A stretch of DNA of 64,000 nucleotides from a bacterium (GTDB lineage Bacteria > RBG-13-61-14 > DATKZS01): contig CAXXFL010000007.1 in NCBI GenBank assembly GCA_963674965.2, forward strand, positions 64,001 to 128,000, given 5' to 3'. Below the pieces are notes generated by a model. The model had not been told where the DNA came from. It was given only the letters and a program-made list of their open reading frames with translations, and did not search any database. This document shows, piece by piece, positions 50,536 to 60,856 of this stretch. Within the stretch, counting starts at the first letter, position 1; every line of letters begins with the position of its first letter. The position numbers were made by a program, and so were the translations under genes.

Positions 50536-51888
50536 TCAGGAGGAAGGACCATCGCCCGGGGGCTTGCGGGACACCTTGACCACCAGGCCGTCCACGCCCG
50601 TGATGTATACCTTTTCCCCCTTCGAGATGCTCTCGTCGGAAACGGCGTTCCAAAAGGCTGAAAGGGCGTAGATTTTTCCGCCCTCCGGCCCCACGTCCCT
50701 GGTCGCCTTGCCGGACTCTCCTATCATGCCCTCCTTGCCCGTGGCCACCTTGCTCCGATGCACACGGATGATGGCCGTACCGAAGACTAAAATTACCGCC
50801 GCCGTAAAGAGCACCACCGCGCCCACCAGGGGCCAGGCCGGCGCGAGATCGGGAACGAGGAATGGGTCCATGTCGGGTACCTCCGGCTTGTCGAACAGCA
50901 TAAGCGACCCGAAAACAAGGGCCGCAACCCCGGAAACCGAGAGCAGGCCATAGCTTGTGATAAAAACCTCGGCCACCAAAAGGCCCACTCCCACCGTGAT
51001 TAAAAGAAAACCCGCGTAATTGATGGGCAGGGACGGGGCCACCAGGGCGACGAGAATGCAGGCCACGCCGATGACTCCGGGGAAAATCAGTCCCGGCGAC
51101 TTGAACTCGATGGCTACTCCCAGAAATCCAACCAGCATCAGAATATAGATAAAGTTTGGATTGTTGATCGCGTGCTGGAGTATTTGGGGGATGGTCATTT
51201 CGATCTTGACTATTTCCGCGTCTTTCGTGTCGATTGAAGTCGTGTCTCCGGTTTGTAGCGCGACCGGCTTTATCCCGGGAAGGACGTTATTGACGAGGTC
51301 GTCCATGTCCTTGGCTATGGCGTCGACCACTTTTTGCTCGACGGCCTCCTTGGCCGGAAGGGATTGACTCTCGGTCACGGCCTTCTCGGCCCACTCGGCG
51401 TTCCTTCCCCGAACGTCGCAGATGGACTTGACCCACCCCACCGTGTCGTTGGTGGCCTTCTCCATCATGATGTCTTCCTTGGGAATGGACTTGTATTCCC
51501 CCTCGCTCGAGATCATGACGGGGTGGGCCGCGCCGATGTTGGTGCCCGGACTCATGACCGCCACGTGGGCGGCTATGGCTATCATCATGCCGGCCGAGGT
51601 GGCCGAGGCCCCGGCGGGATAGACGTACACCACGATGGGAATCTGGGAGTCGAGAAAGCTCTGGACAATCTCCTTGGTGGAGGACAGAAGTCCTCCCGGC
51701 GTGTCCAGTTGGATGATCAGGGCCTCGGACCCATCGCTCCTGGCCTTCTGGATGGACTCCTCGACGAAATCCTTGGTGGCGGGAGAGATCACGCCGTCTA
51801 TCTCGATGACGTGTACCTTTTTGGCCCACCCGACCTGGCTCGCGGCCATAATAACAAGGAACGCGGCAATGACTATCAGTTTTCTCAT
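50536..51888 (-). CDS. nfeD: Long-form NfeD membrane-bound serine protease
   Basis: LDTPGG, ATSAG, PGTNIGAAHP, EK..ND, RGRNAEWA, TM bundle with EFKSPG, C-terminal OB fold. Confidence 0.93.
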   Translation of the reverse strand: MRKLIVIAAFLVIMAASQVGWAKKVHVIEIDGVISPATKDFVEESIQKARSDGSEALIIQLDTPGGLLSSTKEIVQSFLDSQIPIVVYVYPAGASATSAGMMIAIAAHVAVMSPGTNIGAAHPVMISSEGEYKSIPKEDIMMEKATNDTVGWVKSICDVRGRNAEWAEKAVTESQSLPAKEAVEQKVVDAIAKDMDDLVNNVLPGIKPVALQTGDTTSIDTKDAEIVKIEMTIPQILQHAINNPNFIYILMLVGFLGVAIEFKSPGLIFPGVIGVACILVALVAPSLPINYAGFLLITVGVGLLVAEVFITSYGLLSVSGVAALVFGSLMLFDKPEVPDMDPFLVPDLAPAWPLVGAVVLFTAAVILVFGTAIIRVHRSKVATGKEGMIGESGKATRDVGPEGGKIYALSAFWNAVSDESISKGEKVYITGVDGLVVKVSRKPPGDGPSS

Positions 51889-52631
51889 TTCTTCTCCTCG
51901 ATCGGAAGTCCCAGATATTCCATGACTTTCTTGATATCGGCCCAGGTTTCCCGTTTCGCCGCGGGGTTTCTCAGAAGGTAGCTCGGATGGTACGTGGGCA
52001 TGACCTTGAGCCCGTCCAGGTCGTGCCAGTTGCCCCGCAGCCGGCTGATGGGAGCCTCGGTCTCGAGCAGGGCGTGGGCGGCGACCCTGCCCAGGGCCAC
52101 GATGGCGCGCGGCTTAATGGCCTCGATCTGTTTTTTCAAAAAGGGAAGACAGGTCGCCATTTCCTCCGGCTCCGGGTCCCGGTTGTTGGGGGGCCTGCAC
52201 TTGACCACGTTGGCGATATATACCTCGGCCCTCTCAAGACGCATTCCCTTCTCGATGACGTCGGTTAACAGCTTTCCCGCCTTGCCCACGAAGGGCAGGC
52301 CCTGGGCGTCCTCGTCCGCTCCCGGTCCCTCTCCCACGAACATGACCCGGGCGTAGGGGTCTCCCTCCCCGAAGACCAGGTTGGTCCGCTTTTTATGGAG
52401 CGGGCAGCGCCGGCAGTCACCCAGCTCGGACTTGATCCTCCGAAGGGACTCGGCCGGGTTCTCCCGCGTTCTTCCCATCCGCTCCCGGGCCGCGCTTCTG
52501 GCCCGCTCGAGTTCCCTTCTGTCCAGGCCCTCAAGGCCCATCTCGAGCTGATACTCGAGATGGGAGCGGGCGGACTCGATCACTTCCATCATTGAGAGGG
52601 GCTCGCGGGATTTATTATTACTATCTGCCAT
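51885..52631 (-). CDS. Uracil-DNA glycosylase family 4 (4Fe-4S)
   Basis: CRRCPL, GEGPGADED, PFVGKAG, NVVKCRPP, TYHPSYLLR. Confidence 0.95.
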   Translation of the reverse strand: MADSNNKSREPLSMMEVIESARSHLEYQLEMGLEGLDRRELERARSAARERMGRTRENPAESLRRIKSELGDCRRCPLHKKRTNLVFGEGDPYARVMFVGEGPGADEDAQGLPFVGKAGKLLTDVIEKGMRLERAEVYIANVVKCRPPNNRDPEPEEMATCLPFLKKQIEAIKPRAIVALGRVAAHALLETEAPISRLRGNWHDLDGLKVMPTYHPSYLLRNPAAKRETWADIKKVMEYLGLPIEEKK

Positions 52632-52817
52632 TTCCGGTTAAAGCTCGGCTTTAGGGCGCCGATACTCAGATTATAGTCTATATGCAAAAGGAACGAGCGT
52701 GCAAACGAGGGTTTTTCCCGAATTGTAAAGATTTTGTAAATGTATCCTTTTCTTTTTCAACGCGTCTTGAAACGTACTAAAAGATGGATATACTTATTTA
52801 GAACTCGCGATGCGGTC

Positions 52818-53741
52818 ATGAAGTGGAGCTTAATTAAAGAAGTCGCTTTCTGGACGGTCTGGTCGTTATGCCTTGTGTTTTTCCTCTCCGGTCCGGCCTA
52901 CGCGTGGGGACCGGCGACGCATATAGAGACCAGCTTATACCTCATCGAGCACCTGGCCCTTTTGGCGCCGGTAGTCCGAAAGCTGATTAAGAGTTTTCCC
53001 AAGGAGTTCGTGTACGGTTCCACCGTGCCGGACATGGTCCTGGGCAAGCGCTACATGCCCCTGGACTGGAACAACCATACCTGGAACGTGGGCTTCCATT
53101 TGCTCGAGAACGCAAGGACAGACGCAGAGCGGTCCTTCTCCTACGGATACCTTTCCCATCTGGCCACGGACACGGTGGCCCATAACATATTCATTCCCGA
53201 CAGGATTCTCTGCCAGTTCGACAAAAGAAGACGCGACCACGTGATGCAGGAACTCATCTTCGACGCCATGATCGACGACGAGGTGTGGAAGATCACCCGA
53301 GACGCGCCCAGGCGTCCTTTCCCGAAATGCGACGAGCTGCTCGAGACCTGCATGCCCAAGACGCCCATCCCGGACAAGATCAACCGGAACATTTTCCACT
53401 GCGGCATGTACTTCATTCAGATAGGCGTTTGGGAGCGGATCATCCGCCGTCTCCGCCGCAACTGGAAGGAAGAGATAGCCGAGCTCTCGAAAACCAGCTA
53501 CCTTGATCATATCCACAGGGTGGGTCTCGAGTTCCTGGCCGACCCCGATAACGCCCCCTGCCTCTTGCAATGCCCCACCGGCAAGGACGTTCTTCCCGAG
53601 GCGAACAAAGTCAAAAGGGAACTCAAGCGCATGAGCCGCCTCCAGGACCTGGGCGAGGAGCAGTACGTCGGCGTGCTGGCCAGTTTCGACCACTGGCGCT
53701 ACATGACGCTCAACCCGGATTCCTCCCGCTCGGGCGTATAA
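52818..53741 (+). CDS. Zinc-dependent phospholipase C-like family protein
   Basis: AWGPATH after a signal-like segment, PD, H, GYLSHLATDTVAHN, H...E metal ligands; start uncertain (52740 or 52818). Confidence 0.75.
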   Translation: MKWSLIKEVAFWTVWSLCLVFFLSGPAYAWGPATHIETSLYLIEHLALLAPVVRKLIKSFPKEFVYGSTVPDMVLGKRYMPLDWNNHTWNVGFHLLENARTDAERSFSYGYLSHLATDTVAHNIFIPDRILCQFDKRRRDHVMQELIFDAMIDDEVWKITRDAPRRPFPKCDELLETCMPKTPIPDKINRNIFHCGMYFIQIGVWERIIRRLRRNWKEEIAELSKTSYLDHIHRVGLEFLADPDNAPCLLQCPTGKDVLPEANKVKRELKRMSRLQDLGEEQYVGVLASFDHWRYMTLNPDSSRSGV

Positions 53742-53863
53742 ACCTCGAATATCGATCACCTTCAGCCGCCGGGCCTCTTGTAAAAGCATGGCTTTCGAGT
53801 CATTATGACCTGAATTAAAAGTCGGTGACTTTCAGAAAAGACCGGAGTCGCAAGGAGGTCATT

Positions 53864-54934
53864 ATGGCGGAGCATGAAAAAACCGAGCGCATGCGCTCCA
53901 TCGACATCATCTCATTACTTTCGGCGCGAACGGCCTGGCGTCTGATGCGGGGTATAGTACGCGCTCCCTTTGACGAGGACTTCGCCGGCTGGCCTTTGGC
54001 GGTTTGCTGGTTCACGAATTTTTCCTGCAACGCCAACTGCCACTTCTGCTGCAAGGCCCGCGAGATCCGGGCGGGGAAGGACCGGTTCCCTCCCCTCCCC
54101 CTCGAGGGCTGCAAGGAATTGATGGAAAAGATCAGGAAGAAGGTGAAGCTTCTATATCTTTCCGGCGGCGAGCCCACCATCCATCCCGGCATAGTCGATA
54201 TCCTTCGCGAGGCCCGGGCCCTGGACTTTTCCTCCGTGGGCATGAGCTCGAACCTGATCGCCCTGGACAAGAAGCCCGAGATTCTCGATTATATCGACGC
54301 GATCGGCGTATCGATCCACTCGCCGGACGTGGAGGTCCACGCTAAAAACCTCGGCGTTCCCGCCAAGCTGGCGGAGAAGGTTTTCGAGAACCTGGAGACG
54401 CTGGAAAAGGAAGGGCCCAGGCGCGACGTGAAGGTCCTGGTCAACTGCGTGATAAATTCGCAGAACATGGACACGGTCATGGACATGGTCGAGTTCACCC
54501 GGCGTCGCGGCTTCCTGCTCGAGCTGGTCCCGGCCAACGACCACGGCCGCATACCCGCTGACCTCCACGGCAATCCCCAATATATCGAGTTGATCGACAA
54601 CCTTTTGGCGCTCAGAAAGTCGGGCCAGGCCCGCCACCTGGCCGGCTCGAGCCACTATTACAGGACCATCCGGGATTTCGAGCCCTTCCGCTGTTTTCCC
54701 TACGGCGTGGCCAACATCATGCCCGACGGCCGGCTTTGCACGCCCTGCGACGTATCCGAGCAGTACCACGTTAACGTCCTGGAGCACAAGCATATCAAGG
54801 CGGCGGTCAAGGCCTCGAGAGGCATGTTGGGCGATTATCCTTGCAAGTCGGGCAAATGCTTCAAGGCCGGCATCCTTGAGAGGAGCCGCCTGTTCGGCCT
54901 CCTCGCCGCGGGCAAGGATTACGAGGACAACTGA
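53864..54934 (+). CDS. Radical SAM protein
   Basis: CNANCHFC, SGGEPT, C-terminal Cys cluster; ATG 53864 after AAGGAGG. Confidence 0.9.
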   Translation: MAEHEKTERMRSIDIISLLSARTAWRLMRGIVRAPFDEDFAGWPLAVCWFTNFSCNANCHFCCKAREIRAGKDRFPPLPLEGCKELMEKIRKKVKLLYLSGGEPTIHPGIVDILREARALDFSSVGMSSNLIALDKKPEILDYIDAIGVSIHSPDVEVHAKNLGVPAKLAEKVFENLETLEKEGPRRDVKVLVNCVINSQNMDTVMDMVEFTRRRGFLLELVPANDHGRIPADLHGNPQYIELIDNLLALRKSGQARHLAGSSHYYRTIRDFEPFRCFPYGVANIMPDGRLCTPCDVSEQYHVNVLEHKHIKAAVKASRGMLGDYPCKSGKCFKAGILERSRLFGLLAAGKDYEDN

Positions 54935-54990
54935 AACGGGGCGTCAGTTCTCTCGTTTATGTGTATTGGCGAATATTGAAGGAAGGTAAT

Positions 54991-55476
54991 TTACGGCTCG
55001 ATGCCGAGTACTACTAACGGCGCCGCCGGCACTCCCCGGCCTTGACGCACGATATTGTAAAACTCCCCTTCATAGTATGGTACCCCTGAACTCATCTGGC
55101 TTTGCAATGTTTTCATGGGAAGAATTTCAATTCCAACGTCGATATGGTCGCCGACGAAAAAGGCGAGGTGTTTGACGAAAAGGTCGTAGGCCACGAAAGC
55201 GTATTTTCCAAACTGCACCTCGACGGCGACTCTGTCCTTTACGAAATCCGTCTGGTTATAGCTGAAGATTGGCGTCCGTCCAGCCAACTCTATCTCGTTT
55301 TTCTGATCATGAGGGTCCATGGAAAGGGTTTTGCAAATCAATTTTTCGTCCTTTGTCACCCAATAATTGACGCGGCTCTCTTTCCAGTTTTTCGATTGAA
55401 GAAGCTTTTTAAAAGAGGCGTTCATATCTATCGGACTATACAGTCTTTTGCCTTTCATGGTTTTTTCTTTGGATAT
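54991..55476 (-). pseudogene. BglII/BstYI-family type II restriction endonuclease, apparently 5'-truncated
   Basis: YNQTDFVKDRVAVEVQFGKYAF, DVGIEILP, MSSG..YYE; family-like sequence continues upstream of the ATG (ISKEKT) then breaks off; no methyltransferase adjacent. Confidence 0.65.
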
Positions 55477-55542
55477 CTGATTAAGTTGTGGTTGGATTGG
55501 TTTCAGTGGATCGTATAATGGGCCTATTTAAACGTCTCTATA

Positions 55543-56979
55543 TTATCCCACTTTTTCGATCGGTCTCCATCCCCCGAAAATTTTCTCGAGCCTTGCAGCC
55601 GCGGCCAGCGTTAAATGGTCCTTGTGCCTCGCGCCGACCACCTGGATCGAAACGGGCACGCCGTCCTCCCGGTGGAAAATGGGGATGATGGTGGCGGGAA
55701 AACCCAGAATATTGTAGATACAGGAATATCCTATGCCGAGCACGTCGAGCCATATCCAGGTATGTTTCGGCGCTGGCTTACTGAAGACGGGGCACAGCAT
55801 GACTCCGTTGTCGCCCAGTCTGGCCTCCATTTTTTCGCGGAGGTCCCAGGCAAGATCGAGGAATTTTTTGTTTCGTCCCGCCAGAAGTTGGCCCGGTTTT
55901 TCGATTAACGCCGCGCCCAGTCCCGGAAAGGTGATCTTCGAACGGCGCAGGATAAAGCGCAGTACTTCCCGGCCCAGATCGATGGGCTCTCCATCGCCGA
56001 GGATGCGCGTCATGGGGTCCGGGTTTTCGGAAAGGCCCGCCTGCCAGATATCCACGCCCTTCTCGACGCCCTCGGGTCTCCAGTATTTGACCGGGACACC
56101 GTCGGCCGCCAGCGCCCCCGCGGCCATGCTGACGGCGCGCCGGACGTCATCGTCGCATTTGGCAAACCCGTTGTAGTCGTAGAAGTAGACCTTCAACTCG
56201 GAGAGGTTGACCCGGTCCGGAGAGGTCCATTCATGATCGACCGTCCAGGGGTCTTTTCCGTCGGGACCGATCAGGAGCTTCATGACAAGGTCCAGGTCCT
56301 CCACGCGCCTGCAAATGGGCCCCATCGTGTTATAGCGTCCAAGGTTGCCCTCCGCCGGCGGCCAGTGACCGGTCTGGGGCGTGATCATGGCCGTGGGCTT
56401 GTGCCCGGGAACTCCGTTAAAGGCTGATGGATAGCGGATGGACCCTCCAATGTCGGCGCCCAGGCCGAAGGGCGATCCGCCGGCCGCGACTATCGAACCT
56501 TCACCGCCCGAGGACCCGCCGCAGCCGCGCCCGAGGTCGTAGGGGTTATTGGTCCGGCCATAGACGTGGTTATAGGTCTCGCACCACATGGCGGCTTCGG
56601 GGATGTTGGTCTTTCCCATAATGATCGCCCCGGCGTTTTTAAGGCGGGCCACGGTGGTGGCGTCCTCATCGGCCCGCTTGTCGCGGCGGGCCCAAACCCC
56701 GGCCGCCCATCTCATGCCCTTGACGCCGAAGGTGTCCTTGATCGTGCAGGGCACGCCAAAGAGGGGAGGAAGGTCCCTGGCGCCGCCGGCGAGCCGCTCC
56801 TGTGCGGCCCTGGCCTCGGCGCGGGCCTCGTCGAAGCGGTCCTCGATCAGGGCGTTCAATTTAGGGTTCACCAACTCGACGCGCTTGATGTGAGTCTCAA
56901 GAAGGTCAACCGGGGAAAGCTCGCCCTTCCCGATTAATGCCCTCATTTCCTTTACCGACATGGTTAACAGATCGTTCAT
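55543..56979 (-). CDS. Amidase signature family protein (FAAH-like)
   Basis: GVPCTIKD, GKTNIPE, TNNPYD..R..GGSSGGEG, GADIGGSIR. Confidence 0.93.
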   Translation of the reverse strand: MNDLLTMSVKEMRALIGKGELSPVDLLETHIKRVELVNPKLNALIEDRFDEARAEARAAQERLAGGARDLPPLFGVPCTIKDTFGVKGMRWAAGVWARRDKRADEDATTVARLKNAGAIIMGKTNIPEAAMWCETYNHVYGRTNNPYDLGRGCGGSSGGEGSIVAAGGSPFGLGADIGGSIRYPSAFNGVPGHKPTAMITPQTGHWPPAEGNLGRYNTMGPICRRVEDLDLVMKLLIGPDGKDPWTVDHEWTSPDRVNLSELKVYFYDYNGFAKCDDDVRRAVSMAAGALAADGVPVKYWRPEGVEKGVDIWQAGLSENPDPMTRILGDGEPIDLGREVLRFILRRSKITFPGLGAALIEKPGQLLAGRNKKFLDLAWDLREKMEARLGDNGVMLCPVFSKPAPKHTWIWLDVLGIGYSCIYNILGFPATIIPIFHREDGVPVSIQVVGARHKDHLTLAAAARLEKIFGGWRPIEKVG

Positions 56980-57458
56980 TTAATCTCTCCCGTTATCGCG
57001 AAATCGGCCCGGCGCGGTCCGTCTCATATGATTTTAAATTACCCTCCGTTTTTCTCCCGCCTCAATTTTATCTTGCTCATAAAAATGACGCGCTTGGCGG
57101 TTTCGAGTTACAGATCAGACAATATAGCGTCACTGGGCGGCTATTGTCCAGCGGAAAAGAGCGTGGACTTCCACCATTATGCAAAACTTGGGATGTATGG
57201 TTCTTGGTGGTCTGCAAATAAATAGCGGACCACAAAGCCCGAAGGCCTTGAATATTACCCCTTCGGGGGCGGCCGCGTCCGTTTCAGGGGCTTCGGCGGC
57301 CGTCCGCGCGATGAGGCTTTTCACTTAGCGCGGCGGACAACTTGCCGTATGAAAAAAGGAACCAAGATTGAAAAGGTCTAAATGGGGGAAAGTCCTGATC
57401 GCCAGACTGATTTATTGCTCACGGAAGCGCCCACCCACCCCGAAGGTAGAGTTTAAAA

Positions 57459-57671
57459 TCACCAGGCCTGGGGGCGCTCCTTGCGCCAGGGGCTTACGTG
57501 GATGGCGCCCTCGGGGCATTCCAACTCGCAGGTGTAGCAGGTCTGGCAGTCGTCGCGGTAACGGGCGACCGAGTGACCCTCATCCATGTCGATGCGGAAC
57601 ACGTCCATGGGGCAGACCTCGACGCAGGTCTCGCAGGCGATGCATTTTTTCACGTCAATGGACTCGATCAT
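57459..57671 (-). CDS. 2x[4Fe-4S] ferredoxin (AprB-like)
   Basis: CIACETCVEVCPMD and CQTCYTCELECP; start ATG 57671. Confidence 0.9.
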   Translation of the reverse strand: MIESIDVKKCIACETCVEVCPMDVFRIDMDEGHSVARYRDDCQTCYTCELECPEGAIHVSPWRKERPQAW

Positions 57672-57682
57672 TTCCTTTTCCT

Positions 57683-59446
57683 TTATATCGGCTCCGTCGG
57701 CCGGGCCGGATACGAGGAAATGGGGACGTCCTCGAAGTCCGTCTCGATGGAGCCGGCCTGGCCCCGGCGAAGGTTGATCCATTTAAGCCAGTTTCGGTTA
57801 TCCACCTCGGGATACTCGACCCGGAAATGATCGGAGCGGGACTCCCGGCGGAGAAGGGCCGAGCGAAGATAAAGCTCGGCCGCCAGCGTCACGTTACGGG
57901 CCTCGTGAACCTTGCAAAGCTCGTGGGGATCGGCGGCGGCCAGGGCGGGCAGATGGTCGTCGCGAAGGCCCTCAATCCGGGACAGGGCCCTGGAGAGGCT
58001 TTGCTCGTCGCGCCTTATGCAGACGGGATAGGGGACCATGGTCTCCTGCACCGCCGCCAGGACCTGCTCCGGGTTTATGCCAGTTCGGCCGTTTAAAGGC
58101 GACGCGGCCCGGTCCCGGGCCAGTCGGACTTCGTCTTGGCTGAGCCTCACGTCCCCGGCGTCCTTCAAAAACCGGGCGGCGGCCATGCCCGCCAGCTCTC
58201 CGCTTCCCATGGCCCGCATGGTGGACCAGCCGTTGAACAGTCCCGGGTCGATCGACTGGGTCATCCCGGCGGCGAACAGGCCCGGGACGTCGGTCATGAA
58301 ATTCGAGTCCGTGCGCGCCCCTCCCCGCAGGGTCTGGATGGCGGCCACCCACTCCTGGGGCTCGGCGAAAATATTTAGGCCCTTTTCCCTCAGCCTCTTC
58401 AGGTTCAGTTCCACCCAGCCCCCGATCATGGAGAGCGCCCAGTTGCCAGCTATTCCGAGGGGAGGTCTGGAAAGATCGAAATAAAGGGGCGGCCCGTTAC
58501 CTTTTTCGATCTCTTCGGCCATGGCCCTCGTGATATAGGCTATTTCCGCCTTGTTCCCGTCGGGATGGTAGTCCTTCATAAAGGCCCGGCCGTTTTTATC
58601 GAGGAAGCGGCCGCCGTATCTCGCGGCCACTCCCGTTCCCTCGAAGCCGTAGCTGGGAGAGGCCGTGTTCACGCAGAGGAACTCCATGTTGGTCATCCTG
58701 GCGCCCGCTTGAAAGGCCAGGCTGAACCCGTCTCCCGTCACCTGGTCCACGCAGGCGTAATTGCCGCGGAAACTGCAATCGGCCGCCGCCAGTATGACGG
58801 CCCTCGCCTTGAAGCACGCGGTCTCGCCGGAAAGGCGGTCCACGCCGACGGCCCCGGCGGCCCTACCATGGTCGAGCAGTATCTCGGTAATCATGGTTTT
58901 CGGGAAAAGAAGCGTCTTTAGTTCCTTGACCTTCTCGAAGAGGGCCGAAGACACGGCCGCTCCTCCCCGCTTGTTTCTCCAGGTGGGCAAAACGCTCATC
59001 TTCAGGCGCTTGAAGCCCCGGGAGGGCAGGCGCGTCTGGCCGGTTGGCGCCATGCCGTACTTGACTCCCCATGACTCGAGTTTTTTGTATCTGCCATAAC
59101 TTGTATCCAGGATTCGCGAGGTCAGGTCCTGCCTGGAGAGGAAATGGTTGGCCTGGGCTACGTCCAGAACCCACTCGTCCGGGTCGTCCGTGGGGAAGCG
59201 ATATATGGTAGCCCCCGCGCACATGCTGGACATGCTCGAGCGCCCGATCGAGGCCTTGTCCACGATGGCCACCCTTGCCACGCCACACTCGCGCGCGGCG
59301 ATGGCGGCCCACAGTCCGGCGAATCCGCTTCCGACGATAAGGAGGTCGGTCTCGAAAATCCCGTCCGAGGCCAGGGCCTTTCCACCCCAGGCGGTCATGG
59401 CCGCGGCGGCCGCGCCGGTGATTTTGCCGAATTCTCTTCTGTTCAA
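57683..59446 (-). CDS. FAD-dependent oxidoreductase, SdhA/FrdA/AprA-like flavoprotein with twin-arginine signal
   Basis: MNRREF...ALA leader, DLLIVGSGFAGL, TGDG, PGLFAAG, RRESRSDHFRVEYPE. Confidence 0.85.
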   Translation of the reverse strand: MNRREFGKITGAAAAAMTAWGGKALASDGIFETDLLIVGSGFAGLWAAIAARECGVARVAIVDKASIGRSSMSSMCAGATIYRFPTDDPDEWVLDVAQANHFLSRQDLTSRILDTSYGRYKKLESWGVKYGMAPTGQTRLPSRGFKRLKMSVLPTWRNKRGGAAVSSALFEKVKELKTLLFPKTMITEILLDHGRAAGAVGVDRLSGETACFKARAVILAAADCSFRGNYACVDQVTGDGFSLAFQAGARMTNMEFLCVNTASPSYGFEGTGVAARYGGRFLDKNGRAFMKDYHPDGNKAEIAYITRAMAEEIEKGNGPPLYFDLSRPPLGIAGNWALSMIGGWVELNLKRLREKGLNIFAEPQEWVAAIQTLRGGARTDSNFMTDVPGLFAAGMTQSIDPGLFNGWSTMRAMGSGELAGMAAARFLKDAGDVRLSQDEVRLARDRAASPLNGRTGINPEQVLAAVQETMVPYPVCIRRDEQSLSRALSRIEGLRDDHLPALAAADPHELCKVHEARNVTLAAELYLRSALLRRESRSDHFRVEYPEVDNRNWLKWINLRRGQAGSIETDFEDVPISSYPARPTEPI

Positions 59447-59479
59447 TTTGCCTCCCTGGCGGCGTGTCCGGGTTTTATC

Positions 59480-60799
59480 TTATATCTTCTCGGCCCGTCT
59501 GAGTCCTATGTCCGGGTCTTGTTCGAACTCCCTGGCCGAGCAATAGACGCCGCCGGGCGTGTAGCGGTCGTATTCGGGGGGGACCGTGCCCGGCGGCAGC
59601 TTCCAGAAGTATCCGGGGTAATCGGGGTTGACCACGATGTTGCGGACCACGGCCAGGCCTTTTTCCATCTCGAGACCTACCCACTGCTCGGGCGGGACGG
59701 ACTCGGGCCTTGGCGACCCGCCAAAGCCGACCACCAGTTGGCACGTGCCGTCGGGCAGCATGGGCGCCTCGATATCGGCCACGGTCTTCTCGCAAAAGAC
59801 CTTTTCCGTTTTGGTACGGTCGAAATAATCGAATGAGAGACTGAAGTAGCGCATGTCGGTTTCGCCAGGATCGGGGAAAGGCCCGCCGCGATAGGTCTCG
59901 GCGGGGGTCCGGGCTGGTTTCCAGCGGAACACTAACAGCTCGCCGTACTCGTTGGAGATGGGCGCCATGATATAGTTAGTGTCGGGGCTGGGCACGAAAA
60001 GCAGCTCGTCCTGGGTGTCGGCGCTGGCGTTGTTGATCCATTGAGGGGGAGAGTGGTATTCGCCTATGCCCATGGTGGGGTTGATTATGTTCTTCAGGTT
60101 CTTGAGGATAAGCGCTCCCAGCACGCGGGAATAATCGAGCCTCGATTTCGCGGGGTCTGGACAGCGGGTCTGGCCGTCCTGACCGACTACCACGAACCTG
60201 GGGGGAGGGACGCCGCCGAACACGGCCTGAGGGTGGCCGTCAGCCTGGCTCATGCCCTCGTCGTTGAGGTAGATTCGATAACCCACCACCGCGATATTGT
60301 TGGGCGCTCCCTCGTGGGTGAGGCCGGCGTAAAGAGTATTCTTCTCTTTTATTCCATCGGCCGGCAAAGGCCCCATGACGATCTTGATCTCGAATTCACC
60401 AAGATAATCCGAGCTTCGGTCCACGCCGGGTAAAAAGGGATTTATTCCCTCGAGTGGCTCGACGTCCTTATCCAGGATCGAGTCGAGAAGCAGGAAATCC
60501 TGGTCGTAGACCATGACCGAGGCGTAGCGGGCATGGGGGAAATGAGCGTGAAGTATGGCCGTCTCTCCTGGTTTCATGCGGGCAAGGAATCCGTTGTAGT
60601 TGGCGTTGTAGTCGATGGGCCCGAGACCGGAGGTGGTCCTGGCAGCGGCCAGGGGAAGGGAACACCACCCGTCCGCGAGCTCACGAGGGGAATCGCCTCG
60701 CTTGAGACATGACGCGCAAATTAACGTAATTAAACAAAATAACAATATCGACAAGCGCGCGCTTTTATAGATACATATAAGTCCCTTGCTTGTAAGCAT
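59480..60799 (-). CDS. Putative lipoprotein/exported protein of unknown function
   Basis: Hydrophobic N-terminus ending ICASC; 439-aa ORF in operon order between TetR and flavoprotein. Confidence 0.7.
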   Translation of the reverse strand: MLTSKGLICIYKSARLSILLFCLITLICASCLKRGDSPRELADGWCSLPLAAARTTSGLGPIDYNANYNGFLARMKPGETAILHAHFPHARYASVMVYDQDFLLLDSILDKDVEPLEGINPFLPGVDRSSDYLGEFEIKIVMGPLPADGIKEKNTLYAGLTHEGAPNNIAVVGYRIYLNDEGMSQADGHPQAVFGGVPPPRFVVVGQDGQTRCPDPAKSRLDYSRVLGALILKNLKNIINPTMGIGEYHSPPQWINNASADTQDELLFVPSPDTNYIMAPISNEYGELLVFRWKPARTPAETYRGGPFPDPGETDMRYFSLSFDYFDRTKTEKVFCEKTVADIEAPMLPDGTCQLVVGFGGSPRPESVPPEQWVGLEMEKGLAVVRNIVVNPDYPGYFWKLPPGTVPPEYDRYTPGGVYCSAREFEQDPDIGLRRAEKI

Positions 60800-60856
60800 A
60801 TTTTATCTTCCTTTGTAATGTGTTCGATGATGTAAAAGAAAAAAATTAGGACATTA

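Noticed and set aside
57000-57450. Small ORFs and hairpins between amidase and ferredoxin
   Set aside because: Short, no motifs, no convincing RBS; the hairpins are not repeated elsewhere in the window.
57459-59446. Bona fide dissimilatory APS reductase aprAB or succinate dehydrogenase
   Set aside because: The ferredoxin lacks the long AprB tail, there are no sat/qmo or sdhBC neighbours, and the flavoprotein has an export-like leader.
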